35,641 bases of DNA from Dehalococcoidia bacterium UBA2162 (GCA_002335405.1 DCWM01000056.1:1-35641), one strand, 5' to 3'. Counted from the stretch's first letter, positions 24,384 through 34,831 are shown. The notes: generated by a model not told the origin, from the sequence alone. Translations and numbers: made by a program.

Positions 24384-24412
24384 TTGTCGTGGGTTAGATG
24401 TTGTGCTATACT
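24384..24412 (+). promoter_or_regulatory. Candidate promoter for the rpsB-tsf operon
   Basis: TTGTCG (24384-24389), 17-nt spacer, TATACT (24407-24412) with an extended -10 TG (24404-24405). It lies about 50 nt upstream of the rpsB start. Pattern match only. Confidence 0.3.
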
Positions 24413-24462
24413 CTCTGCAGTCGGTCAATCCCGATGGCATAGGAGAAAGGGGGGCGTGAACT

Positions 24463-25341
24463 TTGCTAGAGACTACCAGTACCAGTAGTACAACCCTTAA
24501 ACAACTTCTTGAAGCCGGGGCCCATTTTGGTCATCAGACTAGCCGCTGGCATCCGCGGATGAAGTCGTATATTTTCACAAAGCGTAATGGTATTCATATC
24601 ATCGACTTGGAGCAAACGGTCAGCGCTCTGGAAAAGGCCTGCGCTTTCATTCGGGAGATCATAGCCGATGGTGGTCACCTCATCTTCGTTGGTACCAAGA
24701 AACAGGCTCAGGAGACTGTCCAGGAAGAAGCTAGACGTTGTGGCGCATATTATGTCAACCAACGATGGATTGGCGGTATACTGACTAATTTCTCCACAAT
24801 TCAATCCCGTATTGACTACCTAGTCCGTTTGGAGGACCAGCAAGCCAAAGGGGAGTTTAGTCGCCTGCCGAAAAAAGAGGCTGTGAAACTCGGGGAAGAA
24901 ATTATCCGGCTTAATCGACATATGGGTGGCTTTAAAGAAATGACGAGTTTACCTTCGGCTTTATTTATCGTCGACATAATAAAAGAAAGGATTGCTTTGA
25001 TTGAAGCTAGGAAAGTCGGTGTTCCGGTAGTGGCGGTCACTGACACCAATACTAATCCGGATGAGATTGACTATCCTATTCCGGCTAATGATGATGCCAT
25101 TAGAGCGATTAGGTTGGTATGTGGTAAAATTGCCGATGCTGTTTTGAGTGGTAAAGCCGGTCGGATGGCGATGACTTCAACGGAAGACGCGGCGTCGGGA
25201 GAAGCATCCGCCGAAGCCGGAGACACGGCGCTGGAAGAAGTACACGCTGAAGCACCCGCCGAAGCTAAGGACGCGATGTCGGAAGAAATATCCGCTGAAG
25301 CCAAAGACGCGGGACCTACTAAACCGGCTATTTCCGCTTGA
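24463..25341 (+). CDS. rpsB: 30S ribosomal protein S2 with an acidic Ala/Glu-rich C-terminal extension
   Basis: LLEAGAHFGHQTSRWHPRMKSYIF..RNGIHIIDLEQT...FVGTKKQAQ...YYVNQRWIGGILTNF are canonical S2 blocks. TTG start follows AGGAGAAAGGGGGG. Confidence 0.95.
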   Translation: MLETTSTSSTTLKQLLEAGAHFGHQTSRWHPRMKSYIFTKRNGIHIIDLEQTVSALEKACAFIREIIADGGHLIFVGTKKQAQETVQEEARRCGAYYVNQRWIGGILTNFSTIQSRIDYLVRLEDQQAKGEFSRLPKKEAVKLGEEIIRLNRHMGGFKEMTSLPSALFIVDIIKERIALIEARKVGVPVVAVTDTNTNPDEIDYPIPANDDAIRAIRLVCGKIADAVLSGKAGRMAMTSTEDAASGEASAEAGDTALEEVHAEAPAEAKDAMSEEISAEAKDAGPTKPAISA

Positions 25342-25381
25342 GGTGAATAATCCAGACTTTCCTCGGGACCAGGGAGACAAG

Positions 25382-25888
25382 TTGAAGATTATCGTAGGTA
25401 ATGTCAAGATATTAAGAGAACAGTCAGGGGCTGGTGTCATGGAGTGTCGCAATGCTCTCGTGGAAACTGACGGGGATATAGAAAAAGCCGCCCAGGTTCT
25501 AAAGGAACGAAACCTCTTTAAGGCGGAGAAGAAGAAACAGAGAGCGACGACTCAAGGGCTGATCGATACCTATGTCCACACTGGTGGGCGCATCGGTGCC
25601 ATGGTTGAACTAAATTGCGAAACTGATTTTGTTGCCCGCACCGATGAATTCAAGCAATTGGCTCATGATCTGGCTATGCAGGTTGCTGCTATGTCTCCCC
25701 AGTTCATTTCGAAGGAAGAAATGTCGGCAGGTGTTGATATTACCGACCAAAGTGTCTGTCTGGCGCTCCAACCTTTCATTAAGTGTACCGATATGACTAT
25801 TCATGACCTTATCAATCAGACCATCGCAAAGCTTGGTGAGAACATCAAAGTAGGCCGATTTGTTAGATTCGAAGTAGGTGAGGCTTAA
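25382..25888 (+). CDS. tsf: Elongation factor Ts (short form)
   Basis: VKILREQSGAGVMECRNALVETDGDIEKAAQVLKE (UBA-like N-domain) and GRIGAMVELNCETDFVARTDEFKQLAHDLAMQVAA. I preferred TTG 25382, which follows AGGGAGA (25370-25376) with a 5-nt spacer. The in-frame GTG at 25343 is the alternative. Confidence 0.9.
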   Translation: MKIIVGNVKILREQSGAGVMECRNALVETDGDIEKAAQVLKERNLFKAEKKKQRATTQGLIDTYVHTGGRIGAMVELNCETDFVARTDEFKQLAHDLAMQVAAMSPQFISKEEMSAGVDITDQSVCLALQPFIKCTDMTIHDLINQTIAKLGENIKVGRFVRFEVGEA

Positions 25889-25909
25889 GTCGCGGGGAGA
25901 ATGCACTAA

Positions 25910-26641
<732 letters not shown>

Positions 26642-26645
26642 TAAG

Positions 26646-27203
26646 ATGGCTAGTCAGACTCTACGCGATATCCAAGACAAGATGAGTAAGACTACTGAGG
26701 GTTTGAAGATGGGGTTGGCTACCATCCGTACTGGACGGGCAACCCCGGCCATAATTGAGCATGTCAAAATAGACTATGCTGGGATATTAATGCCAATTCA
26801 TCAGCTGGCGGGCATTTCGGTGGTGGAGGCCAGACTTCTCGTTATTCAGCCATGGGACAAAGGTAGTATTCGTAGTATCGAAAAAGCAATTTTAGCCTCT
26901 GATTTGGGGCTAACGCCGATTAGCGATGGTAATGTGATTCGTCTCAATATCCCGCTACTCTCGGAAGAGCGGCGACAGGAATTGATCAAGTCCGTGCGCC
27001 GTCGTGTTGAAGAAAGAAAGATTGCTATCCGGAATCTGAGACGAGAAGCTCTTGAGGAATTAAAGGTTTCGGAGAAAAATAAAGAAATTTCTGAGGATCA
27101 GCATAAGCAATCTTTGACTCAATTGCAAAAATTGACCGATACCTTTATTGCCAGCGTTGAACAAATTGGACGAGAAAAAGAAGCCGAACTCAGGCAGGTC
27201 TAA
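26646..27203 (+). CDS. frr: Ribosome recycling factor
   Basis: GLATIRTGRATPAIIEHVKIDYAG...PWDK..I..IEKAI..SDLGL.P..DG..IRL.IP.L.EERR..L.K blocks. ATG 26646 lies 4 nt after the pyrH stop. Confidence 0.95.
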   Translation: MASQTLRDIQDKMSKTTEGLKMGLATIRTGRATPAIIEHVKIDYAGILMPIHQLAGISVVEARLLVIQPWDKGSIRSIEKAILASDLGLTPISDGNVIRLNIPLLSEERRQELIKSVRRRVEERKIAIRNLRREALEELKVSEKNKEISEDQHKQSLTQLQKLTDTFIASVEQIGREKEAELRQV

Positions 27204-27204
27204 G

Positions 27205-27963
27205 ATGAGTTCGAATAATAAACCGATGAACAAAGCAGCTACTACCGAGGAAATACTTTTGCTCCCAACCCACATTGCTTTGGTTCCCGATGGTAATGGC
27301 CGTTGGGCGGAACAGAATGGGTTGCCTCGGCTCGCCGGACATCACGCCGGAATCGAAAATATGCGTCGTATGCTTCGATACCTTAGTGAATACCCAATTA
27401 GATATGTCACTCTCTATGGTTTCTCTACGGAGAACTGGGGACGTCCCGAAGTTGAAATTGATGGGTTATTCGAGTTAGTCGAGAAATTTATAAATGACCA
27501 CCTTCAAGAAATTTATGAGCTGAACATCTGTCTCTGCTACTTGGGGCGGCTCAAGGAACTGCCGCGTGGTTTACAGCAAGCCATCAATGGAGCTATCGAA
27601 TTCACCAAGAATAATACCGGGATGATACTAAGTGTTGCTTTTAATTACGGGGGGCGTACCGAAATCATCGATGCTGTGCGCCGACTGGTTGTCGAGGGTG
27701 TAGCGCCACAGGAAATAGACGAAAAGTTATTTGAAAGCTACCTCTACACTGCCGGTTTACCTAATGTCGACCTACTGATTCGTACCAGTGACGCACTCCG
27801 TCTTAGTAATTTTCTTATCTGGCAAACCGTCTATAGCGAATACTACTTCACCAAAGTTCTCTGGCCTGACTTTACTAAAAAAGACCTAGACAAGGCGTTC
27901 CTGTCTTACAGTCAAAGGACACGGCGCTTCGGCCGATTGCAAAACCGGCAACAAACATGCTGA
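27205..27963 (+). CDS. uppS: Undecaprenyl (isoprenyl) diphosphate synthase, cis-prenyltransferase
   Basis: HIALVPDGNGRWA, TLYGFSTENW, FNYGGR and DLLIRTS...LSNFLIWQ..YSEYYF...WPDF blocks. ATG 27205 lies 1 nt after the frr stop. Confidence 0.9.
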   Translation: MSSNNKPMNKAATTEEILLLPTHIALVPDGNGRWAEQNGLPRLAGHHAGIENMRRMLRYLSEYPIRYVTLYGFSTENWGRPEVEIDGLFELVEKFINDHLQEIYELNICLCYLGRLKELPRGLQQAINGAIEFTKNNTGMILSVAFNYGGRTEIIDAVRRLVVEGVAPQEIDEKLFESYLYTAGLPNVDLLIRTSDALRLSNFLIWQTVYSEYYFTKVLWPDFTKKDLDKAFLSYSQRTRRFGRLQNRQQTC

Positions 27964-28793
27964 GAGAAAGGGTTACTACAGCATTAGCGATTGTTCCTGT
28001 GCTAGCCGCTGCCGTATGGTATGATGATTTCTTTCCCTGGTTTACCGTATTAGTGGCTATCTGGGGGTCATTGGCCGCTCTTGAATTCTATCGGTTGGTC
28101 AAGATATCCAAGACACCGCCGCTCACTTACTTCGGTCTAGTCTGGACTCTGCTCTTTGTTTTCAGTCGGGATTCGGATTTACTCGCTAGTTTGGTGCCCC
28201 ACCTTGATCTTAATCTGTTGGCACCACTACTGTTGACTTCCGCTGTAACACTATCTCTCGTCGGCCTCCTCGTGCAGAAACCAAAGGAACTAGCTTTTAA
28301 TAGTTGGGCCTGGACTATGGCCGGCATTCTCTATACTGGCTGGCTGCTCAGCTATTTAGTCGCGCTGAGAGGTGTCGACGACGGACGAAACTGGGTGTTA
28401 CTTGCCTTCTTCGCCACCTTCGCTTCGGATACGGCTGCTTTCTTTGTCGGCCGGACATGGGGACGACGTAAAATGGAGCCGAGTATCAGCCCAGCTAAGA
28501 CTTGGGAGGGCGCCTTCGCCGGCGTTTTTGGTGCCGTCATGGTGAGTCTATTCTTTATGCTGCCCACGCCGTTCCAAGTTAATCTGACCTACTTGCAAGC
28601 CATAATCCTTGGCTTGCTGGTCAGCGTTTTCGGGCAACTCGGCGATCTGGTTGAGTCTTTATTAAAGCGCAATATGGGTGCTAAGGACTCAAGCCGCCTA
28701 ATTCCGGGACACGGTGGTCTCCTTGACCGTATGGATAGCGTTGTCTTTGCTGGTGTGCTGGTATATTATTACGTGATATGGGTAGCTCAGTAA
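27957..28793 (+). CDS. cdsA: Phosphatidate cytidylyltransferase (CDP-diglyceride synthase)
   Basis: Polytopic membrane protein with the C-terminal signature SLLKRNMGAKDSSRLIPGHGGLLDRMDS. Confidence 0.9.
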   Translation: MLRERVTTALAIVPVLAAAVWYDDFFPWFTVLVAIWGSLAALEFYRLVKISKTPPLTYFGLVWTLLFVFSRDSDLLASLVPHLDLNLLAPLLLTSAVTLSLVGLLVQKPKELAFNSWAWTMAGILYTGWLLSYLVALRGVDDGRNWVLLAFFATFASDTAAFFVGRTWGRRKMEPSISPAKTWEGAFAGVFGAVMVSLFFMLPTPFQVNLTYLQAIILGLLVSVFGQLGDLVESLLKRNMGAKDSSRLIPGHGGLLDRMDSVVFAGVLVYYYVIWVAQ

Positions 28794-29923
28794 AAAAAAT
28801 AGTCATCCTTGGTTCAACGGGTTCCATTGGGCACCAAACATTGGATGTGGTTCGGAACTTCTCCCATCGGTTTCAGATAGTCGGGTTGGGCGCTGGGCAA
28901 AATACCGACTTATTGAGCAAGCAAATCAATGAATTTAAGCCTAGGTTTATTTGCCATGAAGACCGAAAGGTTCAGCTACCTGGTACCGGGTACGAGTGGC
29001 TGTCGCTCGAAGATATGGCCTGTCATCCTCAGGTTGATTTAGTGGTTATGGCCATTTCCGGTAAAGCCGGGTTAAACCCGACACTAGCTGCCATCAAGGC
29101 CGGCAAAACAGTAGCTCTGGCCAATAAAGAATCGCTGGTTACCGCCGGCGAGATTATTACCACTGAAGCCAAACGGAATGGTGCTCAAATTTTCCCCATC
29201 GACAGTGAACATAGTGCCATTTGGCAGTGTCTCCGGGGCGAAACCCAATCACCGGCCCAAATTATCCTGACGGCATCCGGCGGTCCTTTCCGTCGTTTTT
29301 CGCTTGCGGAACTGGAACGCGTTACTGTGGCACAAGCCCTCAAGCATCCATCATGGCAGATGGGGAAAAAAGTCACTATTGATTCGGCGACCCTGATGAA
29401 CAAGGGGCTTGAGGTCATTGAAGCCCATTGGCTCTTCGATATGCCATGCGATACTATGCGGGTCGTTATCCATCCTCAGAGCATCATTCATTCTATGGTT
29501 GAATTCGCCGATGGCTCGATTAAGGCACAGTTAGGTCATCCCGATATGCGTTTACCAATTCAGTATGCCTTGTTTTTCCCCGAGCGCTTGCCCAACCCGC
29601 AACTACCCAAACTCGACTGGGACAAAATCAAGGAGCTAACCTTTGAGGTCCCCAACTTTGCCAATTTTCCTTGCCTCCAGTTGGCTATGGAAGCGGAGCG
29701 GCAAGGAGGTACTTATCCAGCGGTACTATGCGCCGCTGATGAGGTTGCTGTTGAACTTTTCCTGTCGCAACGTATTAAATTTTCCGATATCGCCCGGCTG
29801 GTCGAACGGTCATTATCTGGACATCAAGTTATCGTCCATCCAACCATCGAGGAAATTATCGCCGCTGATGATTGGGCAAGGAAAACGACTAAAGAATTTG
29901 CCGCCGGAGCCAGTCGATGCTAG
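28778..29923 (+). CDS. dxr: 1-deoxy-D-xylulose 5-phosphate reductoisomerase
   Basis: KKIVILGSTGSIGHQTLDV, LANKESLV, PIDSEHSAIWQC, LTASGGPFR and NKGLEVIEAHWLF blocks. Confidence 0.95.
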   Translation: MGSSVKKIVILGSTGSIGHQTLDVVRNFSHRFQIVGLGAGQNTDLLSKQINEFKPRFICHEDRKVQLPGTGYEWLSLEDMACHPQVDLVVMAISGKAGLNPTLAAIKAGKTVALANKESLVTAGEIITTEAKRNGAQIFPIDSEHSAIWQCLRGETQSPAQIILTASGGPFRRFSLAELERVTVAQALKHPSWQMGKKVTIDSATLMNKGLEVIEAHWLFDMPCDTMRVVIHPQSIIHSMVEFADGSIKAQLGHPDMRLPIQYALFFPERLPNPQLPKLDWDKIKELTFEVPNFANFPCLQLAMEAERQGGTYPAVLCAADEVAVELFLSQRIKFSDIARLVERSLSGHQVIVHPTIEEIIAADDWARKTTKEFAAGASRC

Positions 29924-30975
29924 TCACGCTCATATCTTTCTTCATCGTTATTGCTGTGCTGGTTTTGACTCACGAACTGGGGCATTTCATTACTGCCCGC
30001 GTCTCCGGAGTGCACGTGCTGGAATTCGGTCTTGGCTTTCCTCCACGGTTATTGACGATAAAACGGGGCGAGACCACCTATTCTTTAAATGCTATTCCGC
30101 TCGGTGGTTTTGTTAAAATGGCCGGTGAAGAAGACCCTAAAATGCCGAGGAGCCTGGCCAGTAAAAGTATCGGCACCAGATTTCTGGTGCTCGGCTCTGG
30201 CTCGCTAATGAATTTTTTACTACCGTTATTGCTCTTCTCTGCTGTCTTTATGCTTCCACATAACCAGATTATTGGGCAGGTGACCGTCGTGGAAGTCATC
30301 TCCGATTCGCCCGCAGGCAGAGCGGGTGTTAAGCTTGGGGATACCATACTTCAGGCCGACGACACCGCGATCGACAATGGTGGCGGCCTGTACCGCTACC
30401 TCCAGCTTAATCTGGGTAAAGAGATTACCCTACTTGTCCAACATCCGGATACTACCACTGAAAAAATTAAAGTCGTCTCACGTTGGAAACCACCGGAGGG
30501 TCAGGGAGCTACTGGCATAGTGATTATGACTTCAAGCCCGGAAGTGATTCGTCAACATTATCCCTTCTGGCAGGCGATACCAATGGGCGTTAGTGCCTCT
30601 ATCGAAACCTTCGTTTTATTCAAGAATGGGATTGTTAGCATGATTATTGGGACGATACCGGCAGGGGTAACCGGCCCGGTGGGTATTGCCCAGATAACTG
30701 GGGAAGTTGCCAGGACAGGCATCGGCCCGTTATTGGAGTTCACCGCCTTTCTTAGTATTAATCTGGCTCTCATTAACATATTCCCCCTGCCTGCCCTGGA
30801 TGGTGGCCGGATGGCCTTCGTCCTGGTCGAGTGGTTGCGTCGGGGTAAGCGCATACCGGCCAAAACCGAAGGGCTGGTACATCTAATTGGTTTCGCGACG
30901 CTGATTACCTTTATGCTACTGGTCACCTATCGGGATATTATTCGCATTATTGGTGGCGATAGCCTGATACCATGA
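29917..30975 (+). CDS. rseP: RIP zinc metalloprotease (site-2 protease, M50 family) with PDZ domain
   Basis: HELGHF (HExxH) in the first TM region, a central PDZ-like segment (SPAGRAGVKLGDTIL) and C-terminal NIFPLPALDGG. Confidence 0.9.
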   Translation: MLVTLISFFIVIAVLVLTHELGHFITARVSGVHVLEFGLGFPPRLLTIKRGETTYSLNAIPLGGFVKMAGEEDPKMPRSLASKSIGTRFLVLGSGSLMNFLLPLLLFSAVFMLPHNQIIGQVTVVEVISDSPAGRAGVKLGDTILQADDTAIDNGGGLYRYLQLNLGKEITLLVQHPDTTTEKIKVVSRWKPPEGQGATGIVIMTSSPEVIRQHYPFWQAIPMGVSASIETFVLFKNGIVSMIIGTIPAGVTGPVGIAQITGEVARTGIGPLLEFTAFLSINLALINIFPLPALDGGRMAFVLVEWLRRGKRIPAKTEGLVHLIGFATLITFMLLVTYRDIIRIIGGDSLIP

Positions 30976-30997
30976 TACTCTGAACGGAATAGTAATT

Positions 30998-32044
30998 ATG
31001 GACCCACGACGCATATCTAAACCAATTAAAATCGGTGATGTGACTATCGGTGGCGGCGCTCGTATTATCGTACAGTCAATGACTAACACCGATACCTCCG
31101 ATACCAGGTCAACTATCTACCAGATAAAGCAATTGGAAGAGTGCGGCTGTGAGGTCATCCGCGTTGCTGTCCCGGATATGCAAGCCGCACAAGCTTTAGC
31201 AGAAATAAAAGAGAGAATCTCTATTCCTCTCATTGCCGATATTCACTTTGACTACCGTTTGGCGCTAGCCGCGCTCAAGGCGGGCGTTGATGGACTCCGC
31301 CTGAATCCAGGTAATATAGGTGAGCCAGAAAGGGTCAAGATGGTCGTCTTGGTCGCTAAAGAAAGAAAAGTGCCTATTCGTATTGGTCTGAATGCCGGTA
31401 GCCTGCCAAAAAACCTCGATCCGAAATTGACCACTACTCAGAAAATGGTCGCCGCCGCTTTAGAGCAGGTAAAGCTGCTGGAAAGTCTGGACTTTGATCT
31501 TATTAAGCTCTCGTTGAAAGCTTTCGATGTGCCGACGACTATTGAGGCGTATAGAGAGATTGCCGCAAGGACGTCTTACCCCTTGCATATTGGTATCACT
31601 GAAGCTGGCACACCGCGGACTGGCGTCTTTCGTAGTAGTATCGGTATCGGTACCTTACTGTATATGGGTATCGGTGATACCATTCGCGTCTCACTGACTG
31701 CCCATCCTCGGGAAGAGGTCTTCGCCGGCTACGAAATCTTAAAAAGTCTCAACTTGCGCCAGCATGGCCCTATTCTGGTTAGCTGCCCTTCCTGTGGGCG
31801 AACTGAGGTAAACATCATCGCTTTGGCGGAGATGGTGGAAAAAGAGCTAACAATGATTCTTAAGCCCATTAAAGTGGCCGTGATGGGTTGCATTGTTAAT
31901 GGTCCCGATGAAGCTAGGGATGCCGATATCGGTATTGCCTGCGGTAAGGGCCGTGGCGTCCTTTTCCGCAAAGGGGAAAAAATTGGAGTGGTGGAAGAAA
32001 AAGACTTTCTCACGGCGCTGATGCAAGAGGTGGACAAGCTGTAG
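30998..32044 (+). CDS. ispG: 4-hydroxy-3-methylbut-2-en-1-yl diphosphate synthase
   Basis: VQSMTNTDT, GCEVIRVAVPD, PLIADIHFD, LRLNPGNIG and CPSCGRT...MGCIVNGPDEA blocks. Confidence 0.95.
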   Translation: MDPRRISKPIKIGDVTIGGGARIIVQSMTNTDTSDTRSTIYQIKQLEECGCEVIRVAVPDMQAAQALAEIKERISIPLIADIHFDYRLALAALKAGVDGLRLNPGNIGEPERVKMVVLVAKERKVPIRIGLNAGSLPKNLDPKLTTTQKMVAAALEQVKLLESLDFDLIKLSLKAFDVPTTIEAYREIAARTSYPLHIGITEAGTPRTGVFRSSIGIGTLLYMGIGDTIRVSLTAHPREEVFAGYEILKSLNLRQHGPILVSCPSCGRTEVNIIALAEMVEKELTMILKPIKVAVMGCIVNGPDEARDADIGIACGKGRGVLFRKGEKIGVVEEKDFLTALMQEVDKL

Positions 32045-32145
32045 GGACGACAAGTAGTAAGATAAACCTATTGGCTATAAGGAAAAGTCAAGAGTGCCTT
32101 AGGAACAGAGAACTGGTTGTAGAGTTTAATAGTCTACTATGCGTT

Positions 32146-33021
32146 TCAGAAGGATTGCTCCAAGAGCTTTGCAGCCTCTCTTTTCATCAATTCGACTGGG
32201 GCTTTCCGACCAGTCCACATCTGAAAGGCTAAGGCTCCCTGCCAGGTCAGCATGTCTAGCCCGCCGATGGTTTTGGCGTTAATCATCTCCGCTTCTCTCA
32301 ATAATCTGGTCTTGCTCGGATTATAGACAATATCGTAGACCACCAATTCAGGTCTAAGTAAATCAGCGTCGACTGGGGTTTCCTCGGTGTTTGGGCTCAT
32401 GCCAGCATTAGTGGCATTGAGTAGAATATCGGCTTTGTTTAATACTTTAGCTAGATTTTCTCGGGTTAGTTCGAGGGCTTCTATCTTCTGACGGAAAGTC
32501 TGGGTGATTCGATTGGCCAGTTCTTTAGCCCAATCCAGTTCCTGTATTCGGTTAAGGATGACCAGACGAGCTTTTTTGTCTGCCAGGATGAAAGTGACAG
32601 CTCTTGAAGCTCCCCCAGCTCCGATGATGACAATGTTCTTATCTCTCGGCTCAATCCCATTTGTCCACATGCTCTGGAGGAGGCCGCTGGCATCGGTATT
32701 GTAGCCCCGTAAAACCCCGTCATTATTGACGATGGTGTTGACGGCGCCTATTTTCTCTGCTAAGGGGTCGAGTTCATCGAGTAGAGGGATGACGGCCACC
32801 TTATGGGGGATAGTGATATTTAGTCCGCGGAGATTCAGGGCTCTCATCCCGTCAATGGCTTTGCCTATCTCTTCTTTCTTCACGCGGAAAGGAACGTAGA
32901 GATAATCAAGGCCTAACTCGCGGAAGGCGGCATTGTGCATCACCGGTGACATCGAATGCTCTACCGGGTCACCAATCAGACCACAAACCTTTGTTTTAGC
33001 GGAGGTAATGAATTCTTTCAT
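32146..33021 (-). CDS. aroE: Shikimate 5-dehydrogenase
   Basis: GLIGDPVEHSMSPVMHNAAF, LNITIPHK, GAVNT, GYNTD and IIGAGGASRAV blocks. Confidence 0.9.
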   Translation of the reverse strand: MKEFITSAKTKVCGLIGDPVEHSMSPVMHNAAFRELGLDYLYVPFRVKKEEIGKAIDGMRALNLRGLNITIPHKVAVIPLLDELDPLAEKIGAVNTIVNNDGVLRGYNTDASGLLQSMWTNGIEPRDKNIVIIGAGGASRAVTFILADKKARLVILNRIQELDWAKELANRITQTFRQKIEALELTRENLAKVLNKADILLNATNAGMSPNTEETPVDADLLRPELVVYDIVYNPSKTRLLREAEMINAKTIGGLDMLTWQGALAFQMWTGRKAPVELMKREAAKLLEQSF

Positions 33022-33094
33022 CTTACTACTTTAGTTTTATCTCCATTTTTTGTGCAGAGTCACAAAAAGTATTAGAAACCATCACTAAAGTAAT

Positions 33095-33751
33095 TTAGGG
33101 AGCTATCATCTTATAGATCCTTCTCATTTCGCTAACGGTCATTTGCCCCTGGGCGGATTCTTTACCTTTCTCAATCGCGGCGTAAGTAAATTCGCCACCA
33201 ACCAGCGGGCAGAGTATCCGGCTCATTAAGCCTAAAGGCCTCATGGCGGAGGCGATTATTTTTATGTCTGGGAACTCCTGGATAAGTTGCAAGATGGTCA
33301 GATTGTCTTCAAACTCTCGGGCGGTGGTAATTACCTTGCAGATATCGGCTCCGGCCTTAAGTTGCTTCCGCACGATGTTTTTCATTTCGTTAAGGGAGGG
33401 CGTTCTTTCGAAATCGTGAAATGACAAAAGACATTTGGCTGTCTTCTTAATAATCTTAACGATATTCTCTAGGTTCTTTGTATTAAGCTCAATATCGATA
33501 GTACCTGCCCCCAGTTCCGTGGCTTGGAGCAGTGGCTCGATTCTTCGGGCTTCGTTCTCCCGCCATTGGCCGCCCTCTGCGATCGTACGGTTACAGGCAA
33601 TCCAAGGCTTGTTTAGTTGTCTCGGCAAGTGTTGCCAACCCTCATCGATGAGGTCAATGCGTACCTCGAAGAGGTCAACTGATGGCTCGGCTTCTTTTAT
33701 TGTTTTCAGATCATCATTGACGATGACGGCGCAAATTTTGGGTCTCTCCAT
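33095..33751 (-). CDS. aroD: 3-dehydroquinate dehydratase, type I
   Basis: ICAVIV, DLFEVRIDL, IDIEL, SFHDFERTP and ADICKVITTA (Schiff-base Lys region) blocks. The gene sits within the aro cluster. Confidence 0.85.
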   Translation of the reverse strand: MERPKICAVIVNDDLKTIKEAEPSVDLFEVRIDLIDEGWQHLPRQLNKPWIACNRTIAEGGQWRENEARRIEPLLQATELGAGTIDIELNTKNLENIVKIIKKTAKCLLSFHDFERTPSLNEMKNIVRKQLKAGADICKVITTAREFEDNLTILQLIQEFPDIKIIASAMRPLGLMSRILCPLVGGEFTYAAIEKGKESAQGQMTVSEMRRIYKMIAP

Positions 33752-34827
33752 TATCCCCCAAGCAATACTTGTTCTACTAGCGATATTGGTACTTCGTCGG
33801 TGATAAATACCTCTCCGATAATTCTGGGCAAGACGAACCGGATTCTCCCCAGCAAGACCTTCTTGTCATGCTTCATCGCCTGGGTCAGACCGGCTAATTC
33901 CAATCGGGGGAGTTCGGTGGGTAGACCGGTCCGGGCAATAAGATTTTTGAGTCTAGTTATATCTGCGTTTGGGAGCATGCCCAATCGATTTGAGATTTTA
34001 GCGGCGGCCACCATACCAATCGCGATCGCCTGACCATGGCTTATCCCAAAATTAGAGACCGATTCAATGGCATGCCCTATCGTGTGGCCGTAATTCAGAA
34101 TATTTCGCAAGCCTAAATCCGTCTCATCTTTAGCCACCACCTCGCCTTTAATTTTTGCCGAGCAAAACACAACGGTTTCCAGTATTCGCTCGTCAAACGC
34201 ATTTATCTTTTCGATATTCCGTTCTAGATAACTGAAGAATTCGGCATCCCGAATGACGCCGTATTTTATTGTTTCGGCCAATCCGTCACTGAGTGCGCTG
34301 TCACTAAGGGTTTTAAGGACGGCAATATCGGCAACAACTAACTTCGGCTGGTAAAATACCCCGATCTTGTTTTTTAATTGGCCGTGGTTTACCGCTACTT
34401 TACCGCCAATACTGCTATCGACCTGCGCCACGAGTGTGGTTGGTATTTGTACCAATGGTACGCCGCGCAAATAGGTGGCGGCGACAAAACCGCCCAGGTC
34501 GCCGATAACTCCGCCACCCAAGGCGAGGATCGGCGTTGTCCTTTCGGCAAAGCAGTTGGTTAATTCTCGGTATAATCTACCAGCCGTTTCTAGGGATTTT
34601 TGCTCTTCTCCTTCAGGAACCTCTAGAATGGAGACCTTAAAACTACAATCGTCGAGACCCTGAAGTAGAGTTTTACCATGTAGTCTGCGAAGAGTGGGGT
34701 TAGTGATAATTATCGCCCTGTCACTGAAGCCTAATTCCTGGAGAAGTAGTCCGGTCTGCTTAAGTAGACCGGACCCGATAAGGAGCGTGTAGCTGCGCTT
34801 TCCCAGCCTTACTCTGGCTTTTTTCAT
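33751..34827 (-). CDS. aroB: 3-dehydroquinate synthase
   Basis: LALGGGVIGDLGGFVAATYLRGVPLVQIPTTLVAQVDSSIGGKVAVN, LNYGHTIGHAIE and HGQAIAIGM blocks. Confidence 0.95.
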   Translation of the reverse strand: MKKARVRLGKRSYTLLIGSGLLKQTGLLLQELGFSDRAIIITNPTLRRLHGKTLLQGLDDCSFKVSILEVPEGEEQKSLETAGRLYRELTNCFAERTTPILALGGGVIGDLGGFVAATYLRGVPLVQIPTTLVAQVDSSIGGKVAVNHGQLKNKIGVFYQPKLVVADIAVLKTLSDSALSDGLAETIKYGVIRDAEFFSYLERNIEKINAFDERILETVVFCSAKIKGEVVAKDETDLGLRNILNYGHTIGHAIESVSNFGISHGQAIAIGMVAAAKISNRLGMLPNADITRLKNLIARTGLPTELPRLELAGLTQAMKHDKKVLLGRIRFVLPRIIGEVFITDEVPISLVEQVLLGG

Positions 34828-34831
34828 TAGC

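Noticed and set aside
22451-24462. A possible CRISPR array accompanying the Cas4-like gene.
   Set aside because: I looked for regularly spaced 25-40-bp direct repeats in all the non-coding spacers around the gene. Only isolated 9-mers recur, and there is no array.
25071-25452. Antisense ORFs of 77 and 91 aa across the rpsB 3' end and the tsf 5' end.
   Set aside because: They are a by-product of the GC-rich, low-complexity Ala/Glu-coding tail of rpsB, and their composition is not protein-like.
29643-30116. A 157-aa plus-strand ORF spanning the dxr/rseP junction in an alternative frame.
   Set aside because: It overlaps two conserved genes that are read in other frames, and it has no motifs.
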